NCBI GenBank assembly: GCA_963832165.1
Contig: CAWHTE010000004.1
Span: 224,001 to 288,000 of the forward strand
Source of the DNA: an uncultured delta proteobacterium
GTDB lineage: Bacteria > Myxococcota_A > UBA9160 > SMWR01
Length of the DNA: 64,000 nucleotides
Direction: 5' to 3'
In this document: piece after piece, positions 63,344 through 64,000 of the stretch
Position numbering within the stretch: position 1 is the first letter of the stretch
How the letters are laid out: the number at the start of each line of letters is the position of its first letter
Notes under the pieces: generated by a model
Told to the model about the DNA's origin: nothing
The model's input: the letters and a program-made list of their open reading frames with translations, nothing else
Database searches by the model: none
Position numbers and translations under genes: made by a program

Positions 63344-64000
63344 ATGGGGGTCGGCGCTGGAGCTGTTACGGACGATCGATGAGCCGCGCGCGCTCCGCGA
63401 GCTGGGGCGCGCCGGGCTGGCACAGGTGGCGCGCGAGCTGCGCGAGCACCTGATCGCGCTGGGCGCTGAGATCGGCGGGCACTTCGCGGGCAGCCTCGGC
63501 ACCGTCGAGCTCACGGTGGCTCTGCACGCGGTGTTCGATACGCCGCACGATCGGATCGTCTGGGACGTCGGGCACCAGGCCTACGGCCACAAGGCGCTGA
63601 CCGGCCGCCGCGAGGCGCTGCGCAGGATCAAACGCGCCGACGGACCCGCGGGCTTCCTGCGCCGCTGCGAGAGTACCTACGACGTTTTTGGCGCCGGGCA
63701 CGCGGGCACATCGGTGTCGGCGGCGCTCGGCATCGCCGAAGCCGCCGCGCGCATGGGCACACGCCGCCGCGCGGTCGCGGTGATCGGGGACGGTGCGGCG
63801 ACCTCGGGCATGTCGTTCGAGGCGCTCAACCACGCGGGGCACCTCCAGAGCGATCTGCGTGTGGTGTTCAACGACAACGGCATGTCGATCGCGCCCAACG
63901 TGGGCGGTCTGCACCGCACGGGCGACGTCGCGGGCTATATCCGTGCTCTCGGCCTCACCTATCAGGGGCCGGTCGACGGCCACGATCTCGACGCGCTGCT
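63344..64000 (+). CDS. dxs: 1-deoxy-D-xylulose-5-phosphate synthase (3'-truncated, start ambiguous)
   Basis: Read directly: GGHFAGSLGTVELTVALH, WDVGHQAYGHK, GAGHAGTS, VIGDGA and NDNGMSIAPNVG. ATG 63344 is one base out of frame across a G run. Confidence 0.93.

Noticed and set aside
59620..63453. Long antisense or alternate-frame ORFs (e.g. 1277 aa here, 53799..56798, 6522..8708, upstream part of 320..3841)
   Set aside because: These are Arg/Ala-rich shadow ORFs over clearly recognisable genes, as expected from high-GC codon bias.

Overview
A very GC-rich bacterial chromosome segment. Gene content and order suggest a Myxococcota/deltaproteobacterial-type organism (inference). The first ~23 kb is housekeeping: secA (5'-truncated), argJ, rpsB-tsf-pyrH-frr-uppS-dxr-rseP-tsaB, ilvC-pssA-leuA-leuB-degenerate asd-truA, rplM-rpsI-argC, a NUDIX gene and pyrG. 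After a tRNA-Val/tRNA-Arg pair comes a ~35 kb accessory, envelope-oriented region. It holds most of the window's five PEP-CTERM-type surface-protein genes, an AI-2E/OMF/HlyD/DUF2955 efflux cassette, two paralogous GT-C-like membrane proteins flanking a tetR-luxE-luxC-like operon and a sulfotransferase, a beta-barrel/TonB-receptor pair, a sulfatase-fold protein, TPR lipoproteins and an MFS/spermidine-synthase fusion. The window ends with an amidohydrolase, a fused indolepyruvate ferredoxin oxidoreductase and the 5' part of dxs. The main observations read directly from the DNA are three. (1) Three PEP-CTERM genes share a sigma-54-type promoter preceded by a tandem pair of GGGAAA-N4-TTTCCC-like palindromes exactly 21 bp apart, a candidate enhancer regulon. 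(2) A 17-bp duplication of the tRNA-Arg 3' end brackets a 1.2-kb integrase-less mini-island. (3) A luciferase-free LuxE/LuxC module sits in a putative surface-modification locus. Three single-base frameshifts may be assembly errors. All functional calls come from motif recognition by eye; no searches were run.
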